Under the pieces are notes generated by a model. That model saw only the letters and a list, made by a program, of their open reading frames with translations. It was not told the DNA's origin and did no database searches. Positions 27,328 to 37,892 of a stretch of 64,000 bases of DNA are shown here, in pieces. This DNA is from Spirochaetia bacterium. GTDB lineage: Bacteria; Spirochaetota; Spirochaetia; UBA9216. The stretch covers positions 768,001-832,000 of the forward strand of contig OZ223264.1 in the NCBI GenBank assembly GCA_965140585.1, written 5' to 3'. A program made the translations under genes and the position numbers. The first letter of the stretch is position 1, and each line of letters starts with the position of its first letter.

Positions 27328-28641
27328 TTATCCGAAAATCAACCCGGGAAGCCACGTGGCAATAGCCGGGAAAATAATTATCAAAGCAATACATAACAGC
27401 AGTGCGCCTACAAACGGCCAGACACCCTTGAACAGCGTCTCAATCTTAACCGACGGGGCAACACTCTTCATTACATAAATATTTAAACCAACAGGCGGGG
27501 TTATACTTCCCATTACTGTAACAAGCAAGATTATTACACCAAACCAGATTGGGTCATAATGCAGTGTTCCGACTACAAGGGGGAAGAAAATGGGAACTGT
27601 GAGAAGAATCAAAGCAAGTGCGTCGATGACACATCCAAGTATCAGATATATAAGAACAATAAGCCCCATTACAGCAAAATTCGGAAGATTGAACTCTGAT
27701 ACCCAGGTTGAAAGCTGGAATGGAATTCGTGTGAGAGCAAAGAATCTTCCGTAGACTGTCGCTGCAGCTACAAGCATAAAAATCATGGCACTTAATTTGG
27801 TTGTATCAAGAAGTGCAAGTTTTAGTTTCTTAAAATCCATTTTCTTTTCGAACAGGGTTAGAACCAGCAGGGCAATCGCTCCGACGGCTCCTGCTTCTGT
27901 AGGAGTAAACCAGCCTATAAACAACCCGCCGAGTGAGACAACGAAAACTACTAAAACTTCAAGTAATCCGTCTTTCTTTATTGTTGATATTATTTCATTA
28001 CGACTGGCTTTTTCTCCTGCCGGACCCAGCGACGGGTCTCTTTTGCAAAGGATATATATGGTCAGCATGTTAGCGACAGTCAGAAGAATCCCCGGCAGTA
28101 TACCGGCAACGAAAAGACGGCCGATAGACTGTTCTGTTGCAATTCCGTAGATTATGAACAGGACGCTGGGTGGAATCAGACTGCCGATAGATGCGCCTGC
28201 CGCTATACTGGAAGCTGATAATTCATCCTTATAATGATACCTCTTCATTTCTGGAAAAGCGATGGTTCCTATGGTTGCCACACTCGCTGCAAGTGAGCCG
28301 CATATCGCACCGAATAAAGCACAGGCCAGCTGAGCCGCCAGGGCAAGGCCGCCTTTCCGGTGTCCTATAACCTTATGTGAAAGCCGAAACAGACCGGATC
28401 CTATTCCAGAATAATATGCTACAAAGCCCATGAAGACAAACATCGGGACGACTGTGAGTGAGTATGATGAAAAACTGGAGAAAATATCTTTTGATATAAT
28501 ATTAAAAGCGGCCTGGGGTGAACGGAGAAAGGTCAGTCCCCAGAATCCAGTAAGCAGCATTGAGAAGCTGACAGGGACTCCAAGAAACATAATTATGATA
28601 AAAATAATTAAACCGAATAAACCTACTAATGCTGCACTCAT
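27328..28641 (-). CDS. dctM: TRAP transporter large permease
   Basis: VPMFVFMG, FGAICGS, LIPPS, TPTEAGA, TPPVG. Confidence 0.93.
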   Translation of the reverse strand: MSAALVGLFGLIIFIIIMFLGVPVSFSMLLTGFWGLTFLRSPQAAFNIISKDIFSSFSSYSLTVVPMFVFMGFVAYYSGIGSGLFRLSHKVIGHRKGGLALAAQLACALFGAICGSLAASVATIGTIAFPEMKRYHYKDELSASSIAAGASIGSLIPPSVLFIIYGIATEQSIGRLFVAGILPGILLTVANMLTIYILCKRDPSLGPAGEKASRNEIISTIKKDGLLEVLVVFVVSLGGLFIGWFTPTEAGAVGAIALLVLTLFEKKMDFKKLKLALLDTTKLSAMIFMLVAAATVYGRFFALTRIPFQLSTWVSEFNLPNFAVMGLIVLIYLILGCVIDALALILLTVPIFFPLVVGTLHYDPIWFGVIILLVTVMGSITPPVGLNIYVMKSVAPSVKIETLFKGVWPFVGALLLCIALIIIFPAIATWLPGLIFG

Positions 28642-29144
28642 TGCTTAATCTCTCCTTCCAATTTTAAATCAATTATGCCTTCCACAATTTTTACCAGCGG
28701 AGTGATTGTTAGCAGAATAAAACCCAGACAAAGAAAAGCCATAACATATACAATGGGAATCCTTATTACCGGGCTGACATCTCCTACCGCAACACGGTCG
28801 ATGGTGTAAAGAACCATATTCCAGGCAATAAGTATGAAATTAATTAAAACAACAATATTCATTATGATTCCGATTATTTTTGCCTTTTTTTCAGAAAGTT
28901 TTTCCAGTAAAAATGTCAGATTTGTGTGCCCTCCTTCAAAGGCACATCGTGAAAGTGCAAAGCTGATTGATAACAGTGATAAATAACATACAATTTCATA
29001 TACGCCGAAAATCGGCATTTCAAGCACCGGGCTGCGTGTAATAACATTGGCAACTACAAGAAGGCAGTTTAAAAACAAGATTGCAGCTGCTAAATAATCC
29101 AGTTTCCTGGCAAATGTTTTTAAAAATCGAATAGCGGTATACAT
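28638..29144 (-). CDS. dctQ: TRAP transporter small permease
   Basis: Four TM segments, NVITR, GGHTNL; between dctP and dctM. Confidence 0.88.
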   Translation of the reverse strand: MYTAIRFLKTFARKLDYLAAAILFLNCLLVVANVITRSPVLEMPIFGVYEIVCYLSLLSISFALSRCAFEGGHTNLTFLLEKLSEKKAKIIGIIMNIVVLINFILIAWNMVLYTIDRVAVGDVSPVIRIPIVYVMAFLCLGFILLTITPLVKIVEGIIDLKLEGEIKQ

Positions 29145-29215
29145 ATGTTCCTCTTTTTAAGAATCATTGCGTACCTGTGAGTTCAGGTACGCAATTGGGT
29201 AAGAATGATAGAAAA

Positions 29216-30329
29216 TTATTTGGCTATTTCTGCAAGATAACTGTCGTGAACCTTATTGTATTTTTCTCCGAGTTCAAAAAGCAGTTCTTTTGCTTCTTCT
29301 CCACGGAGACCTTTCTGATCCAGTTCTTCAGCATAGTGATCAAGTATGTGGGCGATTTTTTCTTTCCAGCGTTCAGTTTCTTCAGGTGTCAGTGTAATCA
29401 CTTCCTGTCCTGTTTCTTCTACTGCATATTTCATTCCGTTGTCGCTTTCTTCATCATAAAAATGGATTACAATATCTTCCCATATCTTGTTACAGGCATT
29501 TTCAATTCCAGTCTGAATGTCTGTCGGGAGGGAATTCCATGTATCCAGGTTCATTACTACAGCCTGAAGACCGTTGTACATAAAAGGAGTGAGTGTAGTA
29601 TATTTTGTTACCTCGGCGTTATGCCAGGTGTGAAGGGTTTCGTTGCTGGCAAGGGTGCCCTGTACAATGCCCTTCTGGAGAGCTTCATAGCCGTCCTGAT
29701 GTGACATTGAAACCGGCTTTGCTCCGAGTGCAGTAAGCGACGGTGCGTCAGACCCTATGCAGCGGATTTCCATACCTGCCAGGTCTTCGAGCGAAGACAC
29801 GGGTTTAACTGTATGTATATTTCCGGGGCCGGTGCATATAAGCATTAAAACCTTAACATCATGGAATTCTTTAGGATCTAGTTTTTCTACAAATTCCTTG
29901 AAGGTTCGGCTGGCCGCTTCTCCGCTTTTAAAGGGAACGCCTGATTTTTTAAGAATATCGCTTGTCAGAAACCTGCCGTTTACCCATGAAAGCGATTCAT
30001 GGCCTATATCAGCCGCACCAATGGCAACGCCGTCATTAAATCTTTCCGCCCTCATAAGCAGCGTTCCGCCGGGATATGTATTGATTTTTACCCTGCCGTT
30101 GGTTTCTTTATCAATTTCAGCAAGTAAGGGACCCATTACTTTTGATTTCCCACGGACTTGCTGCCGGCATCAGACCTGCAAATGACAGCTCGATCGGTTT
30201 TTCCGCGTTCTTTGAACCGGCATCGCTTTGTGCTGTTTTTTCTGAATCGGATTTACATCCTGCACCAGAGATTATCAGCATGACCGCTAATAATGCATAG
30301 ACTGATTTCAACAACCTCTCTTTTTTCAT
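29216..30329 (-). pseudogene. dctP: TRAP substrate-binding lipoprotein DctP, frameshifted near 30140-30143
   Basis: Start at 30329 (SD GGAGG, lipobox GAGC). Removing one base from the A4 run joins ...PWEIK to VMGPLLAEIDKETNGRVKINTYPGGTL. Confidence 0.8.
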
Positions 30330-30402
30330 TTTACATCCTCCATAAAGTTTCAACGGATTCTCCGTTTTGACAGAAGTGTAAGTGCAGTTACCGTATTCAT
30401 AA

Positions 30403-30435
30403 ATGGAATATTAAAACAAAGATATGTAATATTAA
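30403..30435. promoter_or_regulatory. Direct repeat with 21-bp period, probable site for the AraC-type response regulator
   Basis: ATGGAATATTAA (30403) and ATGTAATATTAA (30424), upstream of a minus-strand TACACT -10 at 30375-30380. Confidence 0.6.
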
Positions 30436-30568
30436 GTCATCCTTTCGAATTAATTAGTCAAATCAGGTAAAAGCAGGTAGAATCTTTATCTGCTATACAA
30501 GTGTACATCCAAGTTTTAAAATTTCAAAGAGCAGTTTGTTCTTTACTGTAAAAATAAGGAGTGCTGTC

Positions 30569-32402
30569 ATAAAGATTTTCAGAAGCCTGTTCACCAGAAT
30601 ATACATGTTTTATACTATACTGATAGCTTTCCTGATTACGGGCATCTGTACGATTGTCTTTATTATTCTGACACAGAATATCGAAAACAATGAAATCAGG
30701 GATATGAACAATGTAACTGCGTTGATTTCCGAACAGCTTAACCTTCGGATTAAAGAAATGAATCAGATTTCATTTGGTGTTCTGACTAATACTTATGTAA
30801 GACAGTCTTTACTGTATCTAAGCGGATATAATTATGAGACAGTGAATATGCTGATGTACTTAAGTTCCTACAACATGATTACGGACAATATTTTTACCAT
30901 TTCCCAGCCTTTTCCGGATATTGACAGGGTTAATGTATTCAGTGACAGTAATATGTATTTTTCAAGTAAGAGGTTTGATACTGATTCCGGAAAAGTCAGG
31001 AAGCAGCTGCTCTCACGTCCGAAACCCGATGATATAAAGCTGGAAGCCGGATACTCATACAATGTTCTGCCGCCTCATGATAATGAATGGGAGGAGAATC
31101 CCGGTGAAAAGATTTTTTCACTTCAAAGGGTTGTGCAAAGCTCCCACGGGCCGATTGGGATAATCGAAGTTCAGGCAAAATACAACATTATTGCTGAAAT
31201 CTGCGATATCAGTCCGATTAATTCCGGCAGGATATTTATTCTGGATAAAGGTGATAACCTTATATATCCGGGAAAGTCACTTGCTGAAAATGGTGATGAA
31301 AAGCTGATAAATAATTATAAAAACGCCGAAGAAATTTCTGAGCATGCAGCAGTAAAATTTATGGAGCAGCAGTCAGGGATCCGCTATGTTGCCGTAAGCA
31401 GAGTTGCTTCATATCCTGACTGGATTGTTCTTTACATGATTCCGCGTACTATTCTGAATGAGCCGATATTTAATATTCTACGGCTGATAATAATAATCGG
31501 TATATTCGGGACAGCTATATCCTTTGTAATAGCATATATAATAGCCCTTCATATCTATACACCGCTGAGAGAACTCAAGAAAAAAGTTGAGAATTTTGAT
31601 TATCAGAATATTAATCCTGATATGAATGCCTATACTTTTTCAAATGTAGATGGTGAAATTGCTATTCTTAACCGCAGTTTTGACAAGATGGCGCTTAAAC
31701 TGAAAAATTCATTGGACGAAACAATTCAGACCCAGCAGCAAATTGAGAAAGCCTACTATAAACTTCTTCAGTCTCAGATGAATCCGCATTTTCTCCATAA
31801 CACAATATCGGTGATATCAATAATGGCAAAAAACCTCGGTGATGGCAAAATTCCTGATATCTGCAGTAAATTAAATACAATATTGAAGTACACATCGGAT
31901 ATTTCTGAAAACTATGTGACGTTGCGTGCAGAAAAGAAAATATAGATTCATTCCTGGGCCTGCTGAAATACCGCTATGAACACAGGATGGAATATAAGAT
32001 AGTGATCGAGGATCAGCTTCAGATAAACTTCTGCCCAGGATGACTCTGCAGCCCTTTGTTGAAAATTGCTTCAAACACGGAATGTACGGTCTGGACCGGG
32101 CTATAGAAATCTCAGTTTTTGGAAGACAAACTGATGACGGTTGGGAGATTTTTATCCGTGATAATGGAACGGGAATAGATGAAGACGAACTGAAGAGGAT
32201 AAAAGATGAGATATATCATTTTAATAACAGCAGCAACTGGCTTAATGATAACGTATATCTGAAATCAAGCAAGCTGGGTGTTTTAAATACTTTTATGAGA
32301 TTAAAACTGCTGTATGATGAACAGCTTGTTTTTGATATTCATAATATTGCCGGCTCCGGAAGCGAAATTAGAATCCGTGTAAAAGAGATTCAGGAAGGAT
32401 AA
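30569..32402 (+). pseudogene. YesM-like sensor histidine kinase with two frameshifts
   Basis: TM-sensor-TM-HAMP and SQMNPHFLHN; then IDSFLGLLKYRYEH in a second frame (31942-32043) and LLPRMTLQPFVEN...DNGTG in a third. AAGGAG is followed by an in-frame ATA at 30569. Confidence 0.8.
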
Positions 32403-32404
32403 GA

Positions 32405-33910
32405 ATGCCTAGAATTATGCTTGTCGATGATGAACCGATTTTTATTAATGATCTGAGGGATACTATCCGGAGTATAGGTCCAGAGTATGAAGTAGTATAT
32501 GAAGCTTTTGATGGAAGTGATGCACTTAAGAATATTGGAAAGTTTAATCCTGACATTATCTTTACCGATATAAAAATGCCGGGTATTGACGGAATTACCC
32601 TGATTAAAGAAATAAAAAAAATTTATAAGCATATTATTTTAATAGTCCTCAGCGGTTATCAGGATTTTAATCTTGTGCGTGACGCTTTAAGAGCAAATGC
32701 AGATGACTATCTTTTAAAGCCTGTCGAAAAGAATCTGCTGCACACTGTTTTATTGCGGGCCTCAAGTCACATTCAATTTTTAAAAAAAAATTATCAGACA
32801 GGTCTGTTAAAGTGCATAATGAAGAATATAATTCCCCGGGACAGTGACCTGTTAAATTATTTCAGTACTTATTCTCAGTACTGCTGCTGTCTGATTTATC
32901 CCGCAGTATCGGTGAATGACAGAAATCTAACCGAGATTGAAAAATCACTCGGTGATAACGAAACCTGCTGGATTTTTGATCAGTACTTCAATGAGTGCAC
33001 TTTAATTATATTCGGAATAATAAACAGAATATCCGATGAATCAAGAGTTATCGGTGAAAAGATATTAAAGAGTAAAATGCCTGCAGGTGTTGTCGTCGTC
33101 AGTCAGCGATTCAGTGATATCAGAAGACTGGAGCAGGTAGTGAATAAAATAAAAACTGAAAAAGATTCCTACCAGGTTCTTGGGCAATCGTGTACAGTTG
33201 TCAGCGATAAGGAATCTCTTTCGGATAATACTGAGATATACAATCAGCTGCAGAACAGATTCAAGCTGAAACTGCAGAATGCGCTTTTGACGCATCATTG
33301 GTATGATTTCTCCGAATTAATTAAAAAAACTTTTGAATACTGTCAAACTGAAAAAATTTCAGCTTTGCTTATAAAGAAATTTCTTTTCAGAATCACTATA
33401 TCGGTTGAGAAGAATTACTCAATTCTTCCTCAATTTACAGAACTGAATATTGAAAACCATATTGAAAAAATAGTGGATGAATCAGAGGATTACCAGGTGT
33501 TAACAAAGGAATACCTGAATTTTTTATGTGAAATCTTTTCGATCAACTATGGTAATATTTCCTCCAGTGACCAGGAATTGATGCTTCTTATTGAATCCTA
33601 TTTAAAAGAGAACATAACTTCCAAAATTAGTGTTGAAGATATCTGCAGGCATTTTTATATATCCCAGACTAAAATGAACCGGATTTTTAAAAAATACTGC
33701 CGTACATCTTTTATTGATTATCTCACGCAGATGAAGATGGAGGAAGCAAAAGTTCTGCTGCGGGATCAACCGGATATGCCTATTGCGCAGATTGCGTATA
33801 CCCTGGGATTCAGCGATAATCTGTATTTCAGTAAGGTGTTTCGTAAAATAACTGAATATTCACCGTCTGAATTCAGAAAACAATATTCAGCTGTTTATTC
33901 AGATAGTTAA
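32405..33910 (+). CDS. YesN-like response regulator (REC + AraC HTH)
   Basis: LVDDE, TDIKMP, YLLKP; C-terminal GFSDNLYFSKVFRK. Confidence 0.92.
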   Translation: MPRIMLVDDEPIFINDLRDTIRSIGPEYEVVYEAFDGSDALKNIGKFNPDIIFTDIKMPGIDGITLIKEIKKIYKHIILIVLSGYQDFNLVRDALRANADDYLLKPVEKNLLHTVLLRASSHIQFLKKNYQTGLLKCIMKNIIPRDSDLLNYFSTYSQYCCCLIYPAVSVNDRNLTEIEKSLGDNETCWIFDQYFNECTLIIFGIINRISDESRVIGEKILKSKMPAGVVVVSQRFSDIRRLEQVVNKIKTEKDSYQVLGQSCTVVSDKESLSDNTEIYNQLQNRFKLKLQNALLTHHWYDFSELIKKTFEYCQTEKISALLIKKFLFRITISVEKNYSILPQFTELNIENHIEKIVDESEDYQVLTKEYLNFLCEIFSINYGNISSSDQELMLLIESYLKENITSKISVEDICRHFYISQTKMNRIFKKYCRTSFIDYLTQMKMEEAKVLLRDQPDMPIAQIAYTLGFSDNLYFSKVFRKITEYSPSEFRKQYSAVYSDS

Positions 33911-35056
33911 CAAACTCTTCTGGGGTGTTCTGCCGGATATTATCAGCATTCCGCCGTTTATATAGGCATCAATCTCGGTTCGCATGCCGAATTCCGGCAG
34001 ATAGAGTCCCGGTTCAATAGAAAAGCATGAGCCTTCAAGCAGAAACCGTTTATCTGGAAATTCGACCGAGTCGAGTCCTGTTCCGTTTCCGTGAAGTTCG
34101 GTATCTATACCGTGGCCGGTACGGTGCTTTATGTATTTTTCATATCCGTGTTCAATCAATACTCTTCTTGCCGCCTCATCTGCTTCTGCTCCGGTGATAG
34201 GTTTTCCTCCAGCAAGTCCCGCTGATATGATTTCAGCGCAGCGGTCACGGGCTTCTGTCACTGTTGAGAACAGCTTATCAGCATCTCCGGGGATATTTTT
34301 CCCGGTGAAACCAACCCAGGATATGTCAGCAAACACTGAATCAGGTTTCCTGAGTTTAGCCCACAGATCAAGCTGCAGGACTGAATCCTTTAATATGAGG
34401 CCTTCGTTGTCTTCTGCCGCATAATGCGGATTTCCTGAAGCTTTGCCGCATGCCACAACCGGGAGATGTTCGGTTTCAAGGTTTCTAAGATTAAATTCAT
34501 CAAGAATCCACTGCTGAACATCACGTTCATACAGTTTTTTTCCGGGAGCAGTCAAAGCTTTCGACAGACGGGCCCAGACCTGTTCAACGATGTCGTAGAG
34601 ATGGTCTGCAGCCTCTTCATGCATCTGAATCTGGTCTTTATCAATAAGCCCGCAGAAACGCTGAATCAGGGCAGCTGACGACGCAAGCTTTATCCCGGCA
34701 GACTGAATTGTCAGTGCCGTACCGTAATCGAGACATGAGAGTGCGCTGAGTTCTTCTGAGTATTGGGCTCCCCATTGTCCGCTGAACCGACCCAGACTAC
34801 TGATAAGCTTCTGGCGGTTCATATACATTACCGTCTCTCCGGGTAGTTTTTTTAACTGATCGGGTTCAACTTCATGAAGGATTTTTACCGGGACTCCCAC
34901 GGCCGGCACCAGATAGTACCATGCCCTTGTATTCATTGTTTCCGGATTTATCCCGAGTATTCGGTCTGCAACGGGATCTCTGTGTCTGAAGTTAAAAAAA
35001 AGCCATCCGTCGAGGTTTTCCCCCGCGATGGCTTTCTGCATTTTTATCAAATCCAT
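33899..35056 (-). CDS. M24 Xaa-Pro peptidase family protein
   Basis: PHY, DLWAK, ADISW, HRTGHGI, FSIEPGLY, GMRTE. Confidence 0.9.
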   Translation of the reverse strand: MDLIKMQKAIAGENLDGWLFFNFRHRDPVADRILGINPETMNTRAWYYLVPAVGVPVKILHEVEPDQLKKLPGETVMYMNRQKLISSLGRFSGQWGAQYSEELSALSCLDYGTALTIQSAGIKLASSAALIQRFCGLIDKDQIQMHEEAADHLYDIVEQVWARLSKALTAPGKKLYERDVQQWILDEFNLRNLETEHLPVVACGKASGNPHYAAEDNEGLILKDSVLQLDLWAKLRKPDSVFADISWVGFTGKNIPGDADKLFSTVTEARDRCAEIISAGLAGGKPITGAEADEAARRVLIEHGYEKYIKHRTGHGIDTELHGNGTGLDSVEFPDKRFLLEGSCFSIEPGLYLPEFGMRTEIDAYINGGMLIISGRTPQKSLLTI

Positions 35057-35070
35057 ATTATCTGCTGCTG

Positions 35071-35472
35071 TCAGAACTTAAGTTCGATTGATTCAACTCC
35101 TTCAAACTTACCTGAAATATCATCGGTTGAATCTACATCTCCCCAAGTCAGATCCGTTCTGTCGGACTTCAAATAGAGTCTGATATGGTCGAAAGCTCCG
35201 TCTTTCCAGAAGATTGAAAAATACGGATAGGATTCTGATTTACCATATACAACTTCAGCCTTTGCTGCAGCGCCTCCGAACCAGTCAATAGGAACATAGA
35301 TTGCTGAATATTTCATCGAACTGTTCATATAAACGAGTCTGTAACCCTGTTCAACTGAATAAACCTTAACGATGGGTACACTTTTTACATAATATGGAGA
35401 TTCCGCGGCTTCAGCGAAAACTGCTGTTGAAACACACAGAAGTATAAGGATCACGAGTATGGTTTTTTTCAA
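35071..35472 (-). CDS. Hypothetical exported protein
   Basis: SD GGAGG, TTG start, signal peptide ending AVFA. Confidence 0.7.
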   Translation of the reverse strand: MKKTILVILILLCVSTAVFAEAAESPYYVKSVPIVKVYSVEQGYRLVYMNSSMKYSAIYVPIDWFGGAAAKAEVVYGKSESYPYFSIFWKDGAFDHIRLYLKSDRTDLTWGDVDSTDDISGKFEGVESIELKF

Positions 35473-35576
35473 AGCTCTGCCTCCTTGAGTTCTATAACCA
35501 ATTATATAGTCTTTGATAACGGTAAATCAAGTACAAAATTATTATTTGAAACAGGGCTGGTGCTTGATCAAAAACA

Positions 35577-35604
35577 CTTATTGTAAGAAAATACTTACGA
35601 TAAG
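35577..35604. promoter_or_regulatory. Candidate ROK operator
   Basis: CTTATTGTAAG-N6-CTTACGATAAG near-palindrome just upstream of the ROK gene SD. Confidence 0.5.
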
Positions 35605-35628
35605 ATATAGCGAAAGAGAGGTGTTTAC

Positions 35629-36627
35629 TTGCCCAGTACTATAGATTTGAGGGATTTTAACAAAATTAAGCTGCTTGAAGCGCTTAAGGCAAAAGATTTT
35701 GGAACGAAAAATACTCTTTCAAGGGAAACCGGTTTAAGTGTCGCAACATGCGGAAATCTTCTTGCAGAACTTATCAGGTCCGGAATGGCTGTTGAAGTTG
35801 ATGCGGCCGATTCAACCGGAGGAAGACCTTCCAGACGATTCATATTTAACAGGGAACATGCGTATATCCTGACTATCTTCCCGAGGACAGAGGCTGATGT
35901 ACTGACGCTGAATTATGCGGTTGCGGATATGCTTGGGGAGGTCGTAGAAGAAGGGAGTAGGCAGTACGAGAGGATTGGAATTTCCGAACTTGAAGAACTG
36001 GCAGATTCGATGCTAGGGCATTATCCTGATGTTTCGGTTATTTCTATCGGAATACCGGGAGTTATTTGGAGAGGCAGAATAGGAAACTGTGATTTCAGTG
36101 ATTTTGAAGATGTTAATCTGGGAGAATATCTTAATTCGAAGTATTCATTAGACACCGTTATCGAGAATGATGTGAATGCCGCGGCTTTCGGATACTATCG
36201 TCAAAACTGTGGCGGAGCAGCATCGTCACTTGCTTATCTCTATTACCCTGACGGGCATAACCCCGGCGCCGGTATTGTTATAGGCGGAAAGGTCCATCGC
36301 GGAGCGAGTAATTTTGCAGGCGAGATTGGATGGCTGCCATGGTCCGGAATGGACCTTATCGCAGATAAAATTGCAGAGGCTGTGGTTTCTGTCAACTGTG
36401 TGATAAACCCTGAGCAGGTAATAATTTCAGGTATATTCCTTAATGATGAGATAATAGAAAATATAAGGAAATCTGCCGCTTCGGTCATTCCTGCCGGGCA
36501 TCTTCCTTTAATAATTTTTGAAAAGGATTTCAGGACAAGTTATTCTGGAGGCTTGATTTTTGCCGGGCTTGAAAAATATTCGGAGAGTCTTAGGTCGGAT
36601 AATGCTCTCCTACAGGAGAGCATATGA
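35629..36627 (+). CDS. ROK-family transcriptional regulator
   Basis: HTH LSRETGLSVATC, STGGRP, IGIPG, ENDVNAAA, FAGEIG. Confidence 0.9.
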   Translation: MPSTIDLRDFNKIKLLEALKAKDFGTKNTLSRETGLSVATCGNLLAELIRSGMAVEVDAADSTGGRPSRRFIFNREHAYILTIFPRTEADVLTLNYAVADMLGEVVEEGSRQYERIGISELEELADSMLGHYPDVSVISIGIPGVIWRGRIGNCDFSDFEDVNLGEYLNSKYSLDTVIENDVNAAAFGYYRQNCGGAASSLAYLYYPDGHNPGAGIVIGGKVHRGASNFAGEIGWLPWSGMDLIADKIAEAVVSVNCVINPEQVIISGIFLNDEIIENIRKSAASVIPAGHLPLIIFEKDFRTSYSGGLIFAGLEKYSESLRSDNALLQESI

Positions 36628-37835
36628 TTACAATACTACTTCTAATTCTCATTTATTTTGCTTTTATCAGTCTGGGCCTGCCTGATTCTCTTTTCGGTGT
36701 TTCCTGGCCTCAGATGCGCATAGACTGGGCACTTCCGCTTGATTATGCCGGGTTTGTATCGGTTTTTATTGTTGTTGCCACGGTTGTGTCGAGCCTGCTG
36801 AGCGGAGTGATAATTAAAAAACTGGGCACCGGCAAGGTTACATTTTTAAGCTGCCTGATGACCGGGCTTTCAATTCTGGGAATATCCTTTGTTCCTTCAT
36901 ACTTCTGGCTTGTGCTTCTGTCGGTGACTCTCGGTTTCGGAGCAGGCTCTGTTGATACAGCACTCAATAACTATGTTGCTCTTCATTTCAAGGCCCATCA
37001 TATGAACTGGCTTCATTCATTCTGGGGTGTTGGCGCCACTGTCGGCCCGCTGTTTATTTCAAATGCTTTTGCACATGACCTTTCATGGAGAGTCGGCTAC
37101 AGGCAGGTTGGATCTATTCAGTTGTTTCTGGCGTTTCTGTTATTTATAAGCCTGCCTCTGTGGCGTATGCATGCCCGGAAGCCCTCTGAAGCTATTCCGG
37201 TAGCCCCTGACAGCGCAGCGGAGGGTAAGGTTTCTGATGAGGCCCGTTCTTTAAAGCCTTTTCAGATGCTCTCAATTCGCGGTGTTCCATTCGCTCTGCT
37301 CACATTTGTCTTCTACTGCGCAGCAGAAGTCAGTGCCGGATTGTGGGGCAGCAGCTACCTTGTAGGAGTGAGAGGTCTTCCTGTTGAGAAGGCTGCACTT
37401 TTTGTTTCAATGTACTACAGCGGAATAATGGCGGGGAGGTTCCTTTCCGGATTTGTATCTCTTCGCGTGAGCAGTATTACGATGATAAGAGCCGGAGTTT
37501 TTATTTCAGCGGCTGCGGGTGCTTTGATTGCCCTGCCTCTGCCTTCCGGTCTGGTTATAGCACCGCTTTTTCTCTTCGGACTGGGGATGGCTCCGATATT
37601 TCCTTCAATGATTCATGAAACTCCGTCCAGGTTTGGTAAGCAGAATTCCCAGTACATCATAGGTTTTCAGATGGCCTCGGCATATGCCGGCTGTGCTGTC
37701 TTTCCGCCGCTTTTCGGGATCCTTCTCAAGAATGTATCCATGGGGCTGTATCCGTTTATGCTGGCAGGCTGTATGCTCTTAACAGCGTTCTGTTCAGAGG
37801 CTGTTAGAAGGCTGACAGGAAAGAAGGAAGCATAG
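36624..37835 (+). CDS. MFS transporter (FucP-like sugar permease family)
   Basis: SLGLPDS, GAGSVD..LNNYVA, WLHSFWGVG, APIFP; about 12 TM. Confidence 0.88.
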   Translation: MITILLLILIYFAFISLGLPDSLFGVSWPQMRIDWALPLDYAGFVSVFIVVATVVSSLLSGVIIKKLGTGKVTFLSCLMTGLSILGISFVPSYFWLVLLSVTLGFGAGSVDTALNNYVALHFKAHHMNWLHSFWGVGATVGPLFISNAFAHDLSWRVGYRQVGSIQLFLAFLLFISLPLWRMHARKPSEAIPVAPDSAAEGKVSDEARSLKPFQMLSIRGVPFALLTFVFYCAAEVSAGLWGSSYLVGVRGLPVEKAALFVSMYYSGIMAGRFLSGFVSLRVSSITMIRAGVFISAAAGALIALPLPSGLVIAPLFLFGLGMAPIFPSMIHETPSRFGKQNSQYIIGFQMASAYAGCAVFPPLFGILLKNVSMGLYPFMLAGCMLLTAFCSEAVRRLTGKKEA

Positions 37836-37892
37836 GTTCCAGTGAAAAGCCATCCGTAATCGTACTCGGACGGCTGTAACTTATTTCAGATA

